DNA of 64,000 nucleotides, from the NCBI GenBank assembly GCA_035765105.1, contig DASTYG010000107.1, positions 16,504 through 80,503 on the forward strand, written 5' to 3'. The stretch comes from Glycomyces sp. (GTDB lineage Bacteria; Actinomycetota; Actinomycetes; Mycobacteriales; Micromonosporaceae). A program made the position numbers and the translations under genes. The stretch's first letter is position 1. Every line of letters starts with the position of its first letter. The notes below the pieces were generated by a model. It was not told the origin of the DNA. It did no database searches and was given only the letters and a program-made list of their open reading frames with translations. This document shows positions 1 to 9,165 of the stretch, one piece after another.

Positions 1-547
1 CGCCCGCAGCGGCGACAAGTCGGTCCGGATCGACGGCGGCGCGACCTACTGCAACCACGTCTTCGTCGGGCGCGAGCTGCCCGCCGACACCGAGTGGTTC
101 CGCGTCTACATCCGCCACACCACGGCCCAGCCGGCCGCCCACACCACGATGATCGCGATGGAGGACGCCGCCGACTCCGGCGCCGACCTGCGCCTGGGCG
201 GCCAGAACGGCGCCCTCCAGTGGAACCGCGAGTCCGACGACGCGACGCTGCCCGAGCAGAGCCCCGCGGGCGTGTCCATGAGCCGTCCGCTCCCGGTCGA
301 CGCCTGGACCTGCGTCGAGTTCCAGATCGCCGGCGGCGAGCTGAGCACCTGGGTCGACGGCGACCTCGTCGAGGGCCTGGTCGTCGACGGCGTGCCGACG
401 CACGACATCGACGGCCAGTGGCTGAACCGGTCCGGCTGGGACCCGTCCCTGATCGACCTGCGGCTGGGCTGGGAGAGCTACGGCTCCGACGCCGACACCC
501 TCTGGTACGACGACGTCGCCTTCGGCACCGAGCGCATCGGCTGCTGA
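1..547 (+). CDS. 3' fragment of a probable secreted beta-sandwich (concanavalin-like lectin/glucanase type) protein; the 5' end is outside the window
   Basis: Frame 2 is open from the window edge to TGA 545-547 with a high-GC3 codon pattern. The translation (...WTCVEFQIAGGELSTWVDGDLV...LWYDDVAFG) looks like a jelly-roll carbohydrate-active module. The family call is from memory only. Confidence 0.5.
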   Translation, partial: ARSGDKSVRIDGGATYCNHVFVGRELPADTEWFRVYIRHTTAQPAAHTTMIAMEDAADSGADLRLGGQNGALQWNRESDDATLPEQSPAGVSMSRPLPVDAWTCVEFQIAGGELSTWVDGDLVEGLVVDGVPTHDIDGQWLNRSGWDPSLIDLRLGWESYGSDADTLWYDDVAFGTERIGC

Positions 548-612
548 GGCGGCCGGCGCGGCGAGGGCCGGGCGCGGGAGGACCGCGGCCGGCCCCGCCG
601 GGCCGGATCGGC

Positions 613-1608
613 TCAGGCGCCCGGCGGGGGAGCGGTGGAGTCGCGGACGACCAGTTGCGTCGGCAGCGAGACCTGCCCCGCCGGGCGAGTGGCGAAGTCC
701 TCGTCCCCGGCCGTGTACTGCAGGAGCAGATCGACCGCGGCCGTGCCCGCCTCGGCGGTGGGGACGACGATCGTCGTCAGCCGCGGGCGCGCCAGGCGCG
801 CCAGCACCGTGTCGTCGACGCCGATGACGCTCACGTCCCCGGGCACGTCCACTCCCAGGTTGTGCAGGCCCTCCATCAGGCCGATGGCGAGCAGGTCGTT
901 GTAGGCCAGCACCGCGGTGACCCCGGCGCGGGCGATCTCCTCGGCCACGGCGAGCCCGGCGTTCTCGTTCGGCGTGTTCGGCCCCAGGACCGTCACGGAC
1001 GCCCGGCCCTCGGCCGCGGCGGCCACCGTGCGGCCGATCTGGGTGTTCGTCCACGACTGGCGCGGACCCGAGACGTACGCCAGCTTCCGGTGCCCCAGCT
1101 CCAGGAGGTGCGCTATGGCCGTCTCGGCGCCGTTGACGACGTCCATCGTGACCGAGGGGATGCCCGCTATCTTGCGGTTGACCAGCGCGATCGGAATGTT
1201 CTCGCTGAGGCGCTCGATCTTGGCGTTGGCGATGCGCGGACCGCACAGGACGACCCCGTCCACCTGCTTGGCCAGGGCGTCCACCAGCTCGGTCTCGATC
1301 GCCGGGTCCTCGGAGGCGTCGGCGATGAACAGGTGGTAGTCGCGGGCGCGGGCGGTGTGCTCGGCGGCCTTGATCATCGGGGGGAAGAACGGGTTGGCGA
1401 TGTCGGCGACGATGAAGCCGATGTTGTGGGTGCGGCCGGTGGTGAGCGCCCGCGCCACCCGGCTGGGCCGGTAGCCGAGGCGGCGCGCCGCCTCCAGGAC
1501 CCTGGTGCGGGTCTCGGGGCGCAGCCGGTGCGGCATCGAGAAGGCACGGGACACGGTCGACATGTGCACCCGCGCTTCTTTGGCGACGTCTTTGATGGTC
1601 ACGGCCAC
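613..1608 (-). CDS. LacI/GalR family transcriptional regulator
   Basis: N-terminal HTH VTIKDVAKEARVHMSTVSRAFS, followed by a periplasmic-binding-protein-like sugar-binding fold (331 aa). Confidence 0.9.
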   Translation of the reverse strand: MAVTIKDVAKEARVHMSTVSRAFSMPHRLRPETRTRVLEAARRLGYRPSRVARALTTGRTHNIGFIVADIANPFFPPMIKAAEHTARARDYHLFIADASEDPAIETELVDALAKQVDGVVLCGPRIANAKIERLSENIPIALVNRKIAGIPSVTMDVVNGAETAIAHLLELGHRKLAYVSGPRQSWTNTQIGRTVAAAAEGRASVTVLGPNTPNENAGLAVAEEIARAGVTAVLAYNDLLAIGLMEGLHNLGVDVPGDVSVIGVDDTVLARLARPRLTTIVVPTAEAGTAAVDLLLQYTAGDEDFATRPAGQVSLPTQLVVRDSTAPPPGA

Positions 1609-1659
1609 TGGGGGAGTCCTCTGTCGGTTCGCTTGGATCGATGATCTTCCATAAAATTA

Positions 1660-1673
1660 CGCAAACGATTGCA
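1660..1673. promoter_or_regulatory. Candidate LacI-family operator (CGCAAACGATTGCA)
   Basis: Matches the generic LacI/GalR operator pattern TGnAAnCGnTTnCA at all fixed positions except the first. It lies 52 nt upstream of the LacI-family gene start (1608, minus strand). Confidence 0.35.
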
Positions 1674-1853
1674 AGGCGGTCAAGGGCGGTGCCGGGAAAA
1701 CTGCGACCAGCCTAACGCAGCCCCGCCCGCGCGTGAATCCTCAATGGGGCGAAGGTCTTCCGGCCCGCCGCCGCCGTGTCCGACGCGCGCGGCGGCGGAC
1801 CGCGGTGCGCCCGGCGCGCAGCGGCCCGCGAGGGGGCGGCGGTCGGCCGCGCC

Positions 1854-2258
1854 TCAGGACCCGGCGTTGACCTCGGCGAGCACGACCGCCAGCGACCAGA
1901 TGACGAAGACGTCGAGCGCGATGATGAGGATCGCCCACCACGGGTAGAACGGCAGGAAGAAGAACTGGGCGACCGCCGAGAGCACGGCCAGGCCGATGCC
2001 GACGCCGTAGGCCCAGCCGCGCCCGGAGAGCACGAAGACGCCGATGAGCGCCACCAGCGCGCCCACGATGAGGTGCGCCCAGCCCCAGACGGTGGTGTCG
2101 ACCGCGTAGAGGTAATCGGGGGACTTCACGAAGATGCCGTCCTCGGCGATCGCCGCGATGCCCTGGAACGCCTGGAACAGCCCCGTCATGAGCATGACGC
2201 AGCCGCCGAACACGGCGCCCGCCGTGGCCCAGGCCAGTCTGCCTTCATCGGTTCTCAT
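1854..2258 (-). CDS. Small integral membrane protein (4 predicted TM helices), function unknown
   Basis: 134-aa ORF with four hydrophobic stretches (GAVFGGCVMLMTGLF, WAHLIVGALVALIGVFVL, GIGLAVLSAVAQFFFL, WWAILIIALDVFVIWSLAVVL). Confidence 0.7.
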   Translation of the reverse strand: MRTDEGRLAWATAGAVFGGCVMLMTGLFQAFQGIAAIAEDGIFVKSPDYLYAVDTTVWGWAHLIVGALVALIGVFVLSGRGWAYGVGIGLAVLSAVAQFFFLPFYPWWAILIIALDVFVIWSLAVVLAEVNAGS

Positions 2259-2431
2259 CTCGGACTCCTTCCGAACCGCCGGGCCCGCGGCCCGCTGCTT
2301 CCCGTCTTACTCCTCGGCGGGCGGCCGTGAAGACGTTCGGCGGAATCTCCTCGGACCGGCGCGGCGGCCGGGCGTCACATGTCATTTAGGTATTTACATC
2401 CATCGAATCAAATGGTTAAGCTGTCCGTGGC

Positions 2432-2449
2432 GAACCGAAATTTCGGTTC
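2432..2449. promoter_or_regulatory. Perfect 18-bp palindrome GAACCGAAATTTCGGTTC upstream of the GH62 gene
   Basis: Read directly from the sequence. It contains the CGAAA/TTTCG core reported upstream of actinomycete xylanase genes and lies 102 nt upstream of the GH62 start. Confidence 0.5.
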
Positions 2450-2454
2450 CCCCA

Positions 2455-2467
2455 TCGAAAATTTCGA
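2455..2467. promoter_or_regulatory. Second palindrome TCGAAAATTTCGA (CGAAA-N-TTTCG box)
   Basis: Perfect 13-bp palindrome 5 nt downstream of the first and 84 nt upstream of the GH62 ATG. Confidence 0.5.
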
Positions 2468-2550
2468 CCGCACCGCGCTTCGCGCACCGCGGTGCGAACC
2501 CAAGCCTGTGATCGGTAACGCGATCGCAGCCGACCGAAGAGAGGCCCGCC

Positions 2551-3987
2551 ATGTCCACCACGCTCCGAGCCAGGTCGAAGGCCCTGGCCGTCGTCGCCGC
2601 CGCCGCGGCCGCGCTGGCCGCCACGGCGCTCACCGCCTCGGCGGACCCATCGCCCTCCCCGGCACAGGCCGATGCACTCCCCGCCACCTTCACCTGGGAG
2701 TCCTCCGGCGAACTCGTCGCACCGCAGCAGACGGCCCCCGGCCGCACCCTCGTCTCCATCAAGGACCCCTCGGTCATCCAGTACGAAGGCGAATACCACG
2801 TGTACGCCACCACCGCCGACACCGGCGGCGGGTGGAGCCTGACGTACTTCGGCGGCTTCACCGACTGGTCCCAGGCGAACGCGGCCCCGCAGACGCACCT
2901 GTCGACCACCGCCGTCGGCGGCGGCTACCGGGCCGCGCCGCAGGTCTTCCACTTCGCCCCGCGCGACGAGTGGTACCTGGTCTACCAGACCGGACTGCCC
3001 TCGTTCTCCCTGCTGGACGACCCCGGCTCGCCCGAGTCGGCCACCGCCCCGCAGAACTTCATGAACTCCCACGGGATCGCCGACGGCACCTCCTCCTACG
3101 TCGTCGACTACTGGGTCACCTGCGACGACGTGAACTGCTACCTGTTCTTCAACAACGACAAGCAGCAGTTCTACCGCGCGCAGACGACCGTGGCCGAGTT
3201 CCCGAACGGCTTCGGCGACGTCGAGCTGTTCATGGAGTCCTCCGGCAACGACCTGTTCGAGGCCACCAACGTCTACCAGGTCGGCGACACCGGCGAGTAC
3301 CTGCTGATCGTCGAGGCCATCGGCAACGACGGGCGCCGCTACTTCCGCTCCTGGACCTCCGACCGGCTGGATGCGAACTTCGGGGAGTGGACCCCGCTGG
3401 CCGCCACCGAGTCCAACCCCTTCGCCCGCGCCAACAACGTCGCCTTCCCCGGCGGCGCCTGGACGAACGACATCAGCCACGGCGAACTCGTCCGCGACCA
3501 GGTCGACCAGACCATGACCATCGACCCGTGCGACATGCGGTACCTCTACCAGGGCATCGACCCGAGCGCCTCGGGCGAGTACTCCCAGCTGCCCTGGCGC
3601 CTGGGCCTGCTCACCCACACCAACGCCGCCTGCGACTCCGGCGGGGGCCCGACCGACCCGCCGACCGGCGAGCCCACCGACCCGCCCTCGGGCGAGTGCG
3701 CGGCCGCCGTCGAGGTCGTGAACGACTGGGGCTCGGGCTGGCAGGGCAACGTCACCGTCACCGCCGGGGCCGCCGCCCTCGACGGCTGGACCCTCACCTG
3801 GGACTGGCCCGGCGGGCAGTCGATCGGCTCGGCGTGGAACGCCGACTGGTCGCAGACCGGATCGACGGTGACCGCGAGCGACGTCGGCTGGAACGGCGCG
3901 GTCGCCGCCGGGCAGAGCCGCGAAGTCTTCGGGTTCGTCGCCGGCGGATCGGCCGCGGCACCGCAGATCACCTGCACGTCCGCGTAG
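2551..3987 (+). CDS. Secreted GH62 alpha-L-arabinofuranosidase with a C-terminal CBM2 module
   Basis: Signal peptide MSTTLRARSKALAVVAAAAAALAATALTASA. GH62-like core (LVSIKDPSVIQYEGEYHVYATT..., DISHGELVRD). PT-rich linker. CBM2 (CAAAVEVVNDWGSGWQGNVTV...PQITCTSA). Confidence 0.85.
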   Translation: MSTTLRARSKALAVVAAAAAALAATALTASADPSPSPAQADALPATFTWESSGELVAPQQTAPGRTLVSIKDPSVIQYEGEYHVYATTADTGGGWSLTYFGGFTDWSQANAAPQTHLSTTAVGGGYRAAPQVFHFAPRDEWYLVYQTGLPSFSLLDDPGSPESATAPQNFMNSHGIADGTSSYVVDYWVTCDDVNCYLFFNNDKQQFYRAQTTVAEFPNGFGDVELFMESSGNDLFEATNVYQVGDTGEYLLIVEAIGNDGRRYFRSWTSDRLDANFGEWTPLAATESNPFARANNVAFPGGAWTNDISHGELVRDQVDQTMTIDPCDMRYLYQGIDPSASGEYSQLPWRLGLLTHTNAACDSGGGPTDPPTGEPTDPPSGECAAAVEVVNDWGSGWQGNVTVTAGAAALDGWTLTWDWPGGQSIGSAWNADWSQTGSTVTASDVGWNGAVAAGQSREVFGFVAGGSAAAPQITCTSA

Positions 3988-4023
3988 CACCGCCGACCGG
4001 GGCCCCGCGCCCGAGGGAGCGCC

Positions 4024-4053
4024 GCGGCCCGCCGTCACCGCACGGCGGGCCGC
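4024..4053. terminator. GC-rich hairpin between convergent genes (GCGGCCCGCCG-8 nt-CGGCGGGCCGC)
   Basis: Perfect 11-bp stem between the GH62 stop (3987) and the convergent SDR stop (4066). Confidence 0.5.
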
Positions 4054-4065
4054 GCGCTCACCGGC

Positions 4066-4857
4066 TCAGACCTTCGCCCAGTCCCCGTCGTGCCGGATCA
4101 CGGCCCCGTTGACCTCCCGCGAGTCGTCGCCGAGCAGCCACACCACGGCCTCGGCCAGCCGCTCGACCTCCGGCTCCCCGGGCACCGGCACCCGCACGCC
4201 CTCGCAGCCGCGCCTCCCGCTGAACTCCGAGCGGATCGACTCGGCGATCGTCGTCCTCGACACCGGCCCGGCCGCCAGCACGTTCGCGCGGACCCCCTGC
4301 GGCCCGTGGAAGAAGGCCAGGTTCCCGGTATAGCCGACGAGCGCGTGCTTGGACGCGGTGTACGCGGCCCCCGCCACGGTCGCGTCGAACGAGGCGTCCG
4401 AGGCGACGTTGACGATCGAACCGCCCCCGGCCCGCACCATGAGCGGCAGCACGGCCCTGATCAGCCGCATCGGACCGGTCAGGTTCACGTCCATGACCCG
4501 CGCCCACACGTGGTCCTCGATCGCGACGGGCGGCACGAAGCCCTCCATGACGCCCGCGGCGTTCACCAGGCCGTCCACCCGCCCCCGGGCGGCCTCGACG
4601 ACCCGCTCGACCGTCTCCCGCAGCGCCACGTCGCCCGCGACGGTCCGCAGCGTCGACACCGGGAAGCCCTCGGCCACGTCGTGCGCCAGCTCGTCGTCGG
4701 CCAGCTCGTCGAGCCGGTCCGGCGCGATGTCGACGCCGACGACGACGGCGCCCTCGTGGATCAGCCGCAGCGCCGCCGCCCTGCCGATCCCCGAGCCCGC
4801 CCCCGTGACGATGACGGTCCTGCCCGCGAAGCGGCCGTTCCCCGGTGACTGGTCCAT
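4066..4857 (-). CDS. SDR family oxidoreductase
   Basis: TGAGSGIGRAAAL glycine-rich NAD(P) motif and YTASKHAL catalytic YxxxK; 263 aa. Confidence 0.9.
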   Translation of the reverse strand: MDQSPGNGRFAGRTVIVTGAGSGIGRAAALRLIHEGAVVVGVDIAPDRLDELADDELAHDVAEGFPVSTLRTVAGDVALRETVERVVEAARGRVDGLVNAAGVMEGFVPPVAIEDHVWARVMDVNLTGPMRLIRAVLPLMVRAGGGSIVNVASDASFDATVAGAAYTASKHALVGYTGNLAFFHGPQGVRANVLAAGPVSRTTIAESIRSEFSGRRGCEGVRVPVPGEPEVERLAEAVVWLLGDDSREVNGAVIRHDGDWAKV

Positions 4858-4984
4858 TGCTCCTCCTCGGCTCGGCGCCGCCGGCCCCGGCGGCGGAGGC
4901 GGGCCGCCGCCTCACCCATACGGTAGCCAATCGGCCCACCCGCCCCGCCGGGCCGAGACCCGGGCCGCGCGGACCTGCGGGAAG

Positions 4985-5407
4985 ATGGAGGCGATGAACG
5001 ACACCGAGCGGCAGGCGGCCACCGAGGACCGGAACCGGCGACTCCTGCGGGCGCGCGACGCGATGGACCGCGACTTCGCCGAGCCCCTGGACGTCCCCCG
5101 GCTCGCCCGCATCGCGCTCATGTCCCCGGCGCACTTCAGCCGCCGCTTCCGCGAGACGTTCGGCGAGACGCCCCACCGCTACCTCCAGCGCCGCCGCATC
5201 GAACGCGCCTGCGCGATGCTGCGCGACGGCGACCGCACCGTCACCGAGATCGCGCTCGCCGTCGGCTTCGACAGCTTCGGCACCTTCAGCCGCACCTTCT
5301 CGGCGGTCATCGGGCGCTCCCCGACCCGCTTCCGCGCCGAGTCGACGCCGCTCAAGGCGCCGGTGTGCTTCGTCAAGACCTGGACCAGACCGAGCAGTTT
5401 CGGATAA
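4985..5407 (+). CDS. AraC family transcriptional regulator (short form)
   Basis: Internal ATG of the longer GC-artefact ORF. The translation MEAMNDTERQ...SPAHFSRRFRETFGETPHRYLQRRRIERA...GFDSFGTFSRTF is a typical AraC double HTH. It is divergent from the SDR gene. Confidence 0.8.
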   Translation: MEAMNDTERQAATEDRNRRLLRARDAMDRDFAEPLDVPRLARIALMSPAHFSRRFRETFGETPHRYLQRRRIERACAMLRDGDRTVTEIALAVGFDSFGTFSRTFSAVIGRSPTRFRAESTPLKAPVCFVKTWTRPSSFG

Positions 5408-5441
5408 GCCCCGAGCCTCCGCCGGCCCATAGGCTTGTCGC

Positions 5442-5861
5442 ATGTTCACAGGAATCAGCATTCACAACGTGTACGTCCTCGACCAGGAGGAGGCCGTCGA
5501 CTTCTACGTCGGCAAGCTCGGCTTCGCGATCGTCGAGGACGTCGACCTCGGCTTCATGCGCTGGCTCACCGTCGGCCTGCCCGGTCAGCCCGACCGGCGC
5601 ATCCTCCTCGAAGTGCCCGGCCCGCCCTCGCACGACGAGGCCACCGCCGCCCAGGTCCGCGACCTGGTCACCAAGGGCGCCCTGGGCCTGGCCGCGATCC
5701 TCACCACCGACGACTGCCGCGGCACCTACGAGCGGCTCCGCGCCGAGGGCGTCGAGTTCACCGAGGAGCCCACCGAGCAGCCCTACGGCATCGACTGCGC
5801 GCTGCGCGACCCGTTCGGCAACCACATCCGCATCAGCCAGGTCAACGCCCGGGAAGCCTAG
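5442..5861 (+). CDS. VOC (glyoxalase/bleomycin-resistance/dioxygenase) family protein
   Basis: 139 aa. The pattern FYVGKLGF...DPFGNHIRISQ is typical of the VOC fold. Confidence 0.8.
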   Translation: MFTGISIHNVYVLDQEEAVDFYVGKLGFAIVEDVDLGFMRWLTVGLPGQPDRRILLEVPGPPSHDEATAAQVRDLVTKGALGLAAILTTDDCRGTYERLRAEGVEFTEEPTEQPYGIDCALRDPFGNHIRISQVNAREA

Positions 5862-5892
5862 GGGTGCCGGAGGCGGCCGCTAGCCTCGCCGC

Positions 5893-6057
5893 ATGCCCGG
5901 CACAGCAGACTTCGCACAGTTCGCCGACGTCACCTTCGTCCAGGGCGCCGGGACCGGCGCCCTGGACGAGGCAGCGGCGACCGTCGAGCCGCTCCTGGCC
6001 GACCCGGCCGCCCTCGGCGCGGCCCCGGCCGCCGCCGAACGCGACCTGCTCGACTAG
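5893..6057 (+). CDS. Possible small acidic protein (54 aa), unverified
   Basis: ATG...TAG ORF below the track cutoff with strongly G/C-biased third positions. No recognisable family. Confidence 0.25.
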   Translation: MPGTADFAQFADVTFVQGAGTGALDEAAATVEPLLADPAALGAAPAAAERDLLD

Positions 6058-6071
6058 GCCCGCGCGGGCCC

Positions 6072-7844
6072 TCAGTTCCGGCTCAGGCTCCACCCCTCGG
6101 CCGCCAGGCGGTCGCCGTCGCGCGCCATCGACCCGTTGAAGACGACCTTCCAGCCCTGCTTGACGCGAATCCGGTCGACGTAGACACCGCGCCCCTGATA
6201 GGCCGGGTCGCTGGTGTACGACCACCGCAGCCACGCGGTCCCGGCCGGCAGCGCCGCCCTCGCGTCGATCCACCGCCGACCGGAGAAGCCCGAGAAGGAC
6301 CCCTCGGTCGTCCACCGGTGCTCGCCCGCGCACAGCTCCAGCCGGACCGGCGCCCACGTCCGGCCGTCGCCGCTCGCCTCCAGCACGCCCGTGTCGGTCG
6401 ACTCGGTGTCGTACCAGAGCGCGAACTCCACCGAGCCGCGGCTGAGCGGGCCGTGCAGCGGCGCGGTGAGCGTCGCCGTCGTCCCGTCCGCCTGGTTCGC
6501 GTACCAGGCCTCGCGCCCGGTGTGCGGCTCGACGGGCACCGCCCGGCCCATCGGGCGGCTCGCGGCCCGCCGGTAGTCGCTGGCGGCGCCCAGGTTCCTA
6601 GTGGGGTGGACCCGGTTGCTCAGCAGCACCAGCAGCGTCCCGGCGAGCGGGTCGAGCACGATCGAGGTGCCGGTGTACCCGGTGTGGCCCACCGTGACCG
6701 GCGAGGACATCGACTCCATGTACCAGCGCTGGCCGATCTGCCAGCCCAGGCCCCGGGCGGCGTCCGGGCCGAGGCCGGGGTTCCGGTTCGTGAAGACCAG
6801 CCGCGCCGTCGCCTCGCTGAGGACGGTCGTGTCGCCGTACCGGCCCCCGCCCAGGATCATCTGCCCGAACACGGCCAGGTCCCAGGCGGTGGCGAACACG
6901 CCCGCGTGCCCGGCGACGCCGCCGAAGGCCCAGGCGTTCTCGTCGTGGACCGAGCCGCGGATCATGCCCCGGCCGGTCCACGGCTGGTACTCGGTGGCCG
7001 CGACGCGGCCGAGGAGCTCGGGCGGCGGGTTGTACCCGGTGTCGGCCATGCCCAGCGGCCCGGTGACGAACTCGGCGACCAGTTCGTCGAGCGCGCTCCC
7101 GGTGATCCGTTCGAGCGCCTCGGCCAGGACGATGAGGTTGAGGTCGGAGTACTCGTAGCCGCTGCCGGGCTCGCGGCGCAGCTCCTCGGCGTAGACCTTC
7201 GCCATCCGCGCCTCGTCGTCGGGCAGGTCGTACAGGTTGGTGAACGCGACCATCCCCGAGGTGTGCGACAGGAGCTGCTGCACGGTGATCGGCGTCTTCG
7301 CCGGGTCCAGGCCGTCGAACTCGGGGAGGTATTCCACGACGGGGGCCGCCAGGTCGATGCGGCCCTCGTCGATCATGCGGCCGGTCACGGCGGCGGTGAA
7401 CAGCTTCGAGATCGAGGCCAGGTCGTAGACGGTGTCGGTGGTGGCCGCCTCCCACTGCTCCCGGGGCAGTTCGACGGCCGTCCCGGTCGCCTCGTCCCAG
7501 CTCGCGTAGCGCACCCGGTGGCCCGCGGCGGCGTGCTCGACCACGACGCCGCCCGCGGCGGCGAGGACGGTGAAGCCGGGGAAGGAGGGCTCGGGCCCCT
7601 CCATGAAGGCCGCGACCTCGGGGACGATCCGCTCCACGTGCTCGCCGACGAGGCCCGCCTCGGCGGGGTTCCCGGCGCGCAGCCGGCGCGGTCGGGCGGG
7701 GAACGCCAGGTCGTCGGGGCCGACCGTGGGCGGCCCGGCGGCGCCGGTCGGGCCGGGCCGCTCCTCGGCCGCGGCCGGCGAGGCGCCCGCGAGCGCGGCG
7801 AACGCCGAGCCCGCCGCGCCGCCGATGATCATTCGTCGGTTCAC
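6072..7844 (-). CDS. Secreted serine hydrolase of the beta-lactamase/PBP family (AmiE/YbbE-like candidate) with an extra C-terminal domain
   Basis: Twin-arginine-like signal MNRRMIIGGAAGSAFAALAG. SxxK motif ASISKLFTA. About 150 additional C-terminal residues. It is the last gene of a 3-gene minus-strand operon. Confidence 0.8.
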   Translation of the reverse strand: MNRRMIIGGAAGSAFAALAGASPAAAEERPGPTGAAGPPTVGPDDLAFPARPRRLRAGNPAEAGLVGEHVERIVPEVAAFMEGPEPSFPGFTVLAAAGGVVVEHAAAGHRVRYASWDEATGTAVELPREQWEAATTDTVYDLASISKLFTAAVTGRMIDEGRIDLAAPVVEYLPEFDGLDPAKTPITVQQLLSHTSGMVAFTNLYDLPDDEARMAKVYAEELRREPGSGYEYSDLNLIVLAEALERITGSALDELVAEFVTGPLGMADTGYNPPPELLGRVAATEYQPWTGRGMIRGSVHDENAWAFGGVAGHAGVFATAWDLAVFGQMILGGGRYGDTTVLSEATARLVFTNRNPGLGPDAARGLGWQIGQRWYMESMSSPVTVGHTGYTGTSIVLDPLAGTLLVLLSNRVHPTRNLGAASDYRRAASRPMGRAVPVEPHTGREAWYANQADGTTATLTAPLHGPLSRGSVEFALWYDTESTDTGVLEASGDGRTWAPVRLELCAGEHRWTTEGSFSGFSGRRWIDARAALPAGTAWLRWSYTSDPAYQGRGVYVDRIRVKQGWKVVFNGSMARDGDRLAAEGWSLSRN

Positions 7845-7854
7845 AGCGTCCTCC

Positions 7855-9165
7855 TCACCGGCCGCGTCGCCGGTAGATCAGGTGGTCTTCGCGCAGGTCG
7901 GCGAAGGCGGCGAGGTCGTCGGTCCAGACCGCGGCCGTCTCCTCCACGTCCGCGCCGTCCTCGATCGCCAGCCGCACCGCCTGGTTCCCGGTGAGCTTGT
8001 CCAGCCAGTACGAGCCGGGGCCGTCCTGGCTCCGCCACCCGTACTGGCCGAAGTGCTCGCGCTGCGCGATGATCATCGCCAGCGCGGTGCGGATCGGGTC
8101 GAACTCGTCCCGGTCGGCGATCTGGAGTTCGACGCCGCCGCAGACCTCGTCGGCCCATTTGGCGAACGTCGGCTTGAAGTAGGCCTCGCGGAACCGCGCG
8201 CCCGGCACGGCCGCCGCGGTGAGCGCCTCGGCCCACCCGTGGTCGATCTCGGGCGCGCCGATCAGCTGGAACGGCTGCGTGGTGCCGCGGCCCTCCGAGA
8301 GCGCGGTCGCCTCGAACAGGCAGGTCCCGGGGTAGGCCGCGGCGGTGGCGGGGGTCGGCATGTTCGGCGAGGGCGCCACCCACGGCAGCCCGGTGTCCTC
8401 GAAGTGCATGCCGCCGTGCCAGCCGTCCATCTCGACGACGGTGAGGTCGGCGGGCGTCCCGGCCGCCTCGGCCACGAACTCGGCGTTGAACAGCCGCGCC
8501 AGTTCCCCGACGGTCATGCCGTGGCGCTGGGCGATCGGTTTGAGCCCTACGAACGTCGCGTGCTCGGGGTGCAGGACCGGCCCGGCGGCCTCGGCCCCCG
8601 AGACCGGGTTGGGCCGGTCGAGGACGACGAACCTGATGCCGAGCCCGGCGGCGGCCTCCATCGCCAGGTACATCGTCCAAATGTAGGTGTAGAACCGCGA
8701 GCCGACGTCCTGGATGTCGAAGACGAGGGTCTCCACGCCGGCCTCGGCGAGGAGTTCGCCCATGCGGTCCTTGTCGTTGTAGGCGTTGTAGACCGGGATG
8801 CCGGTCTTGGGGTCGAGGAAGTGGTCCTCGCCCTCCCCGGCCTGGGAGGTGCCGCGGAAGCCGTGTTCGGGGCCGAAGACGGCGACGACGTCGACCTTGC
8901 CGCTGAAGTGCATGAGGTCGACCTCGTGGCTCAGGTCGGGCAGGACGCCGGTGGGGTTGGAGACGACGCCGACGGCCTGTCCGGCGAGTTCGGCGAAGCC
9001 GTCGTCGGCGAGGACCTCGATCCCGGTCCTGACGCGTCTGCCGCGCCCGGCCCGGGCCGCGTCGGCGGTGAGGATGGGCAGCGCCGCCCCGCCCGCCGCG
9101 GCGGCGGCGCCGCCGAAGAGCGTCCGTCGGTCGATCCGGCGTGTGCGCATGGTGTGCTCTCCCAT
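7855..9165 (-). CDS. namZ: DUF1343 family exo-beta-N-acetylmuramidase (NamZ/YbbC-like), Tat-secreted
   Basis: Tat signal RRIDRRTLFGGAAAAAGG. DUF1343-like core (VGVVSNPTGV..., FGPEHGFRG, DIQDVGSRFYTYI, VLDRPNP). The start is either ATG 9165 (ATGA overlap with the upstream stop) or ATG 9150. The remainder of the 1099-aa track ORF is a GC artefact. Confidence 0.8.
   Translation of the reverse strand: MGEHTMRTRRIDRRTLFGGAAAAAGGAALPILTADAARAGRGRRVRTGIEVLADDGFAELAGQAVGVVSNPTGVLPDLSHEVDLMHFSGKVDVVAVFGPEHGFRGTSQAGEGEDHFLDPKTGIPVYNAYNDKDRMGELLAEAGVETLVFDIQDVGSRFYTYIWTMYLAMEAAAGLGIRFVVLDRPNPVSGAEAAGPVLHPEHATFVGLKPIAQRHGMTVGELARLFNAEFVAEAAGTPADLTVVEMDGWHGGMHFEDTGLPWVAPSPNMPTPATAAAYPGTCLFEATALSEGRGTTQPFQLIGAPEIDHGWAEALTAAAVPGARFREAYFKPTFAKWADEVCGGVELQIADRDEFDPIRTALAMIIAQREHFGQYGWRSQDGPGSYWLDKLTGNQAVRLAIEDGADVEETAAVWTDDLAAFADLREDHLIYRRRGR

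Noticed and set aside
94-1644. Very long ORFs on the opposite strand or in alternative frames of real genes. Examples: 94-1644(+), 2379-4112(+), 2416-4038(-), 4058-5461(-), 20559-23339(-), 41861-44146(-), 54151-57240(-), 57219-60065(-), 23312-25285(-).
   Set aside because: Their translations are Arg/Gly/Pro/Ala-rich low-complexity strings with no motifs. They overlap ORFs that have clear family signatures. Stop-free shadow frames are expected at more than 70% GC.
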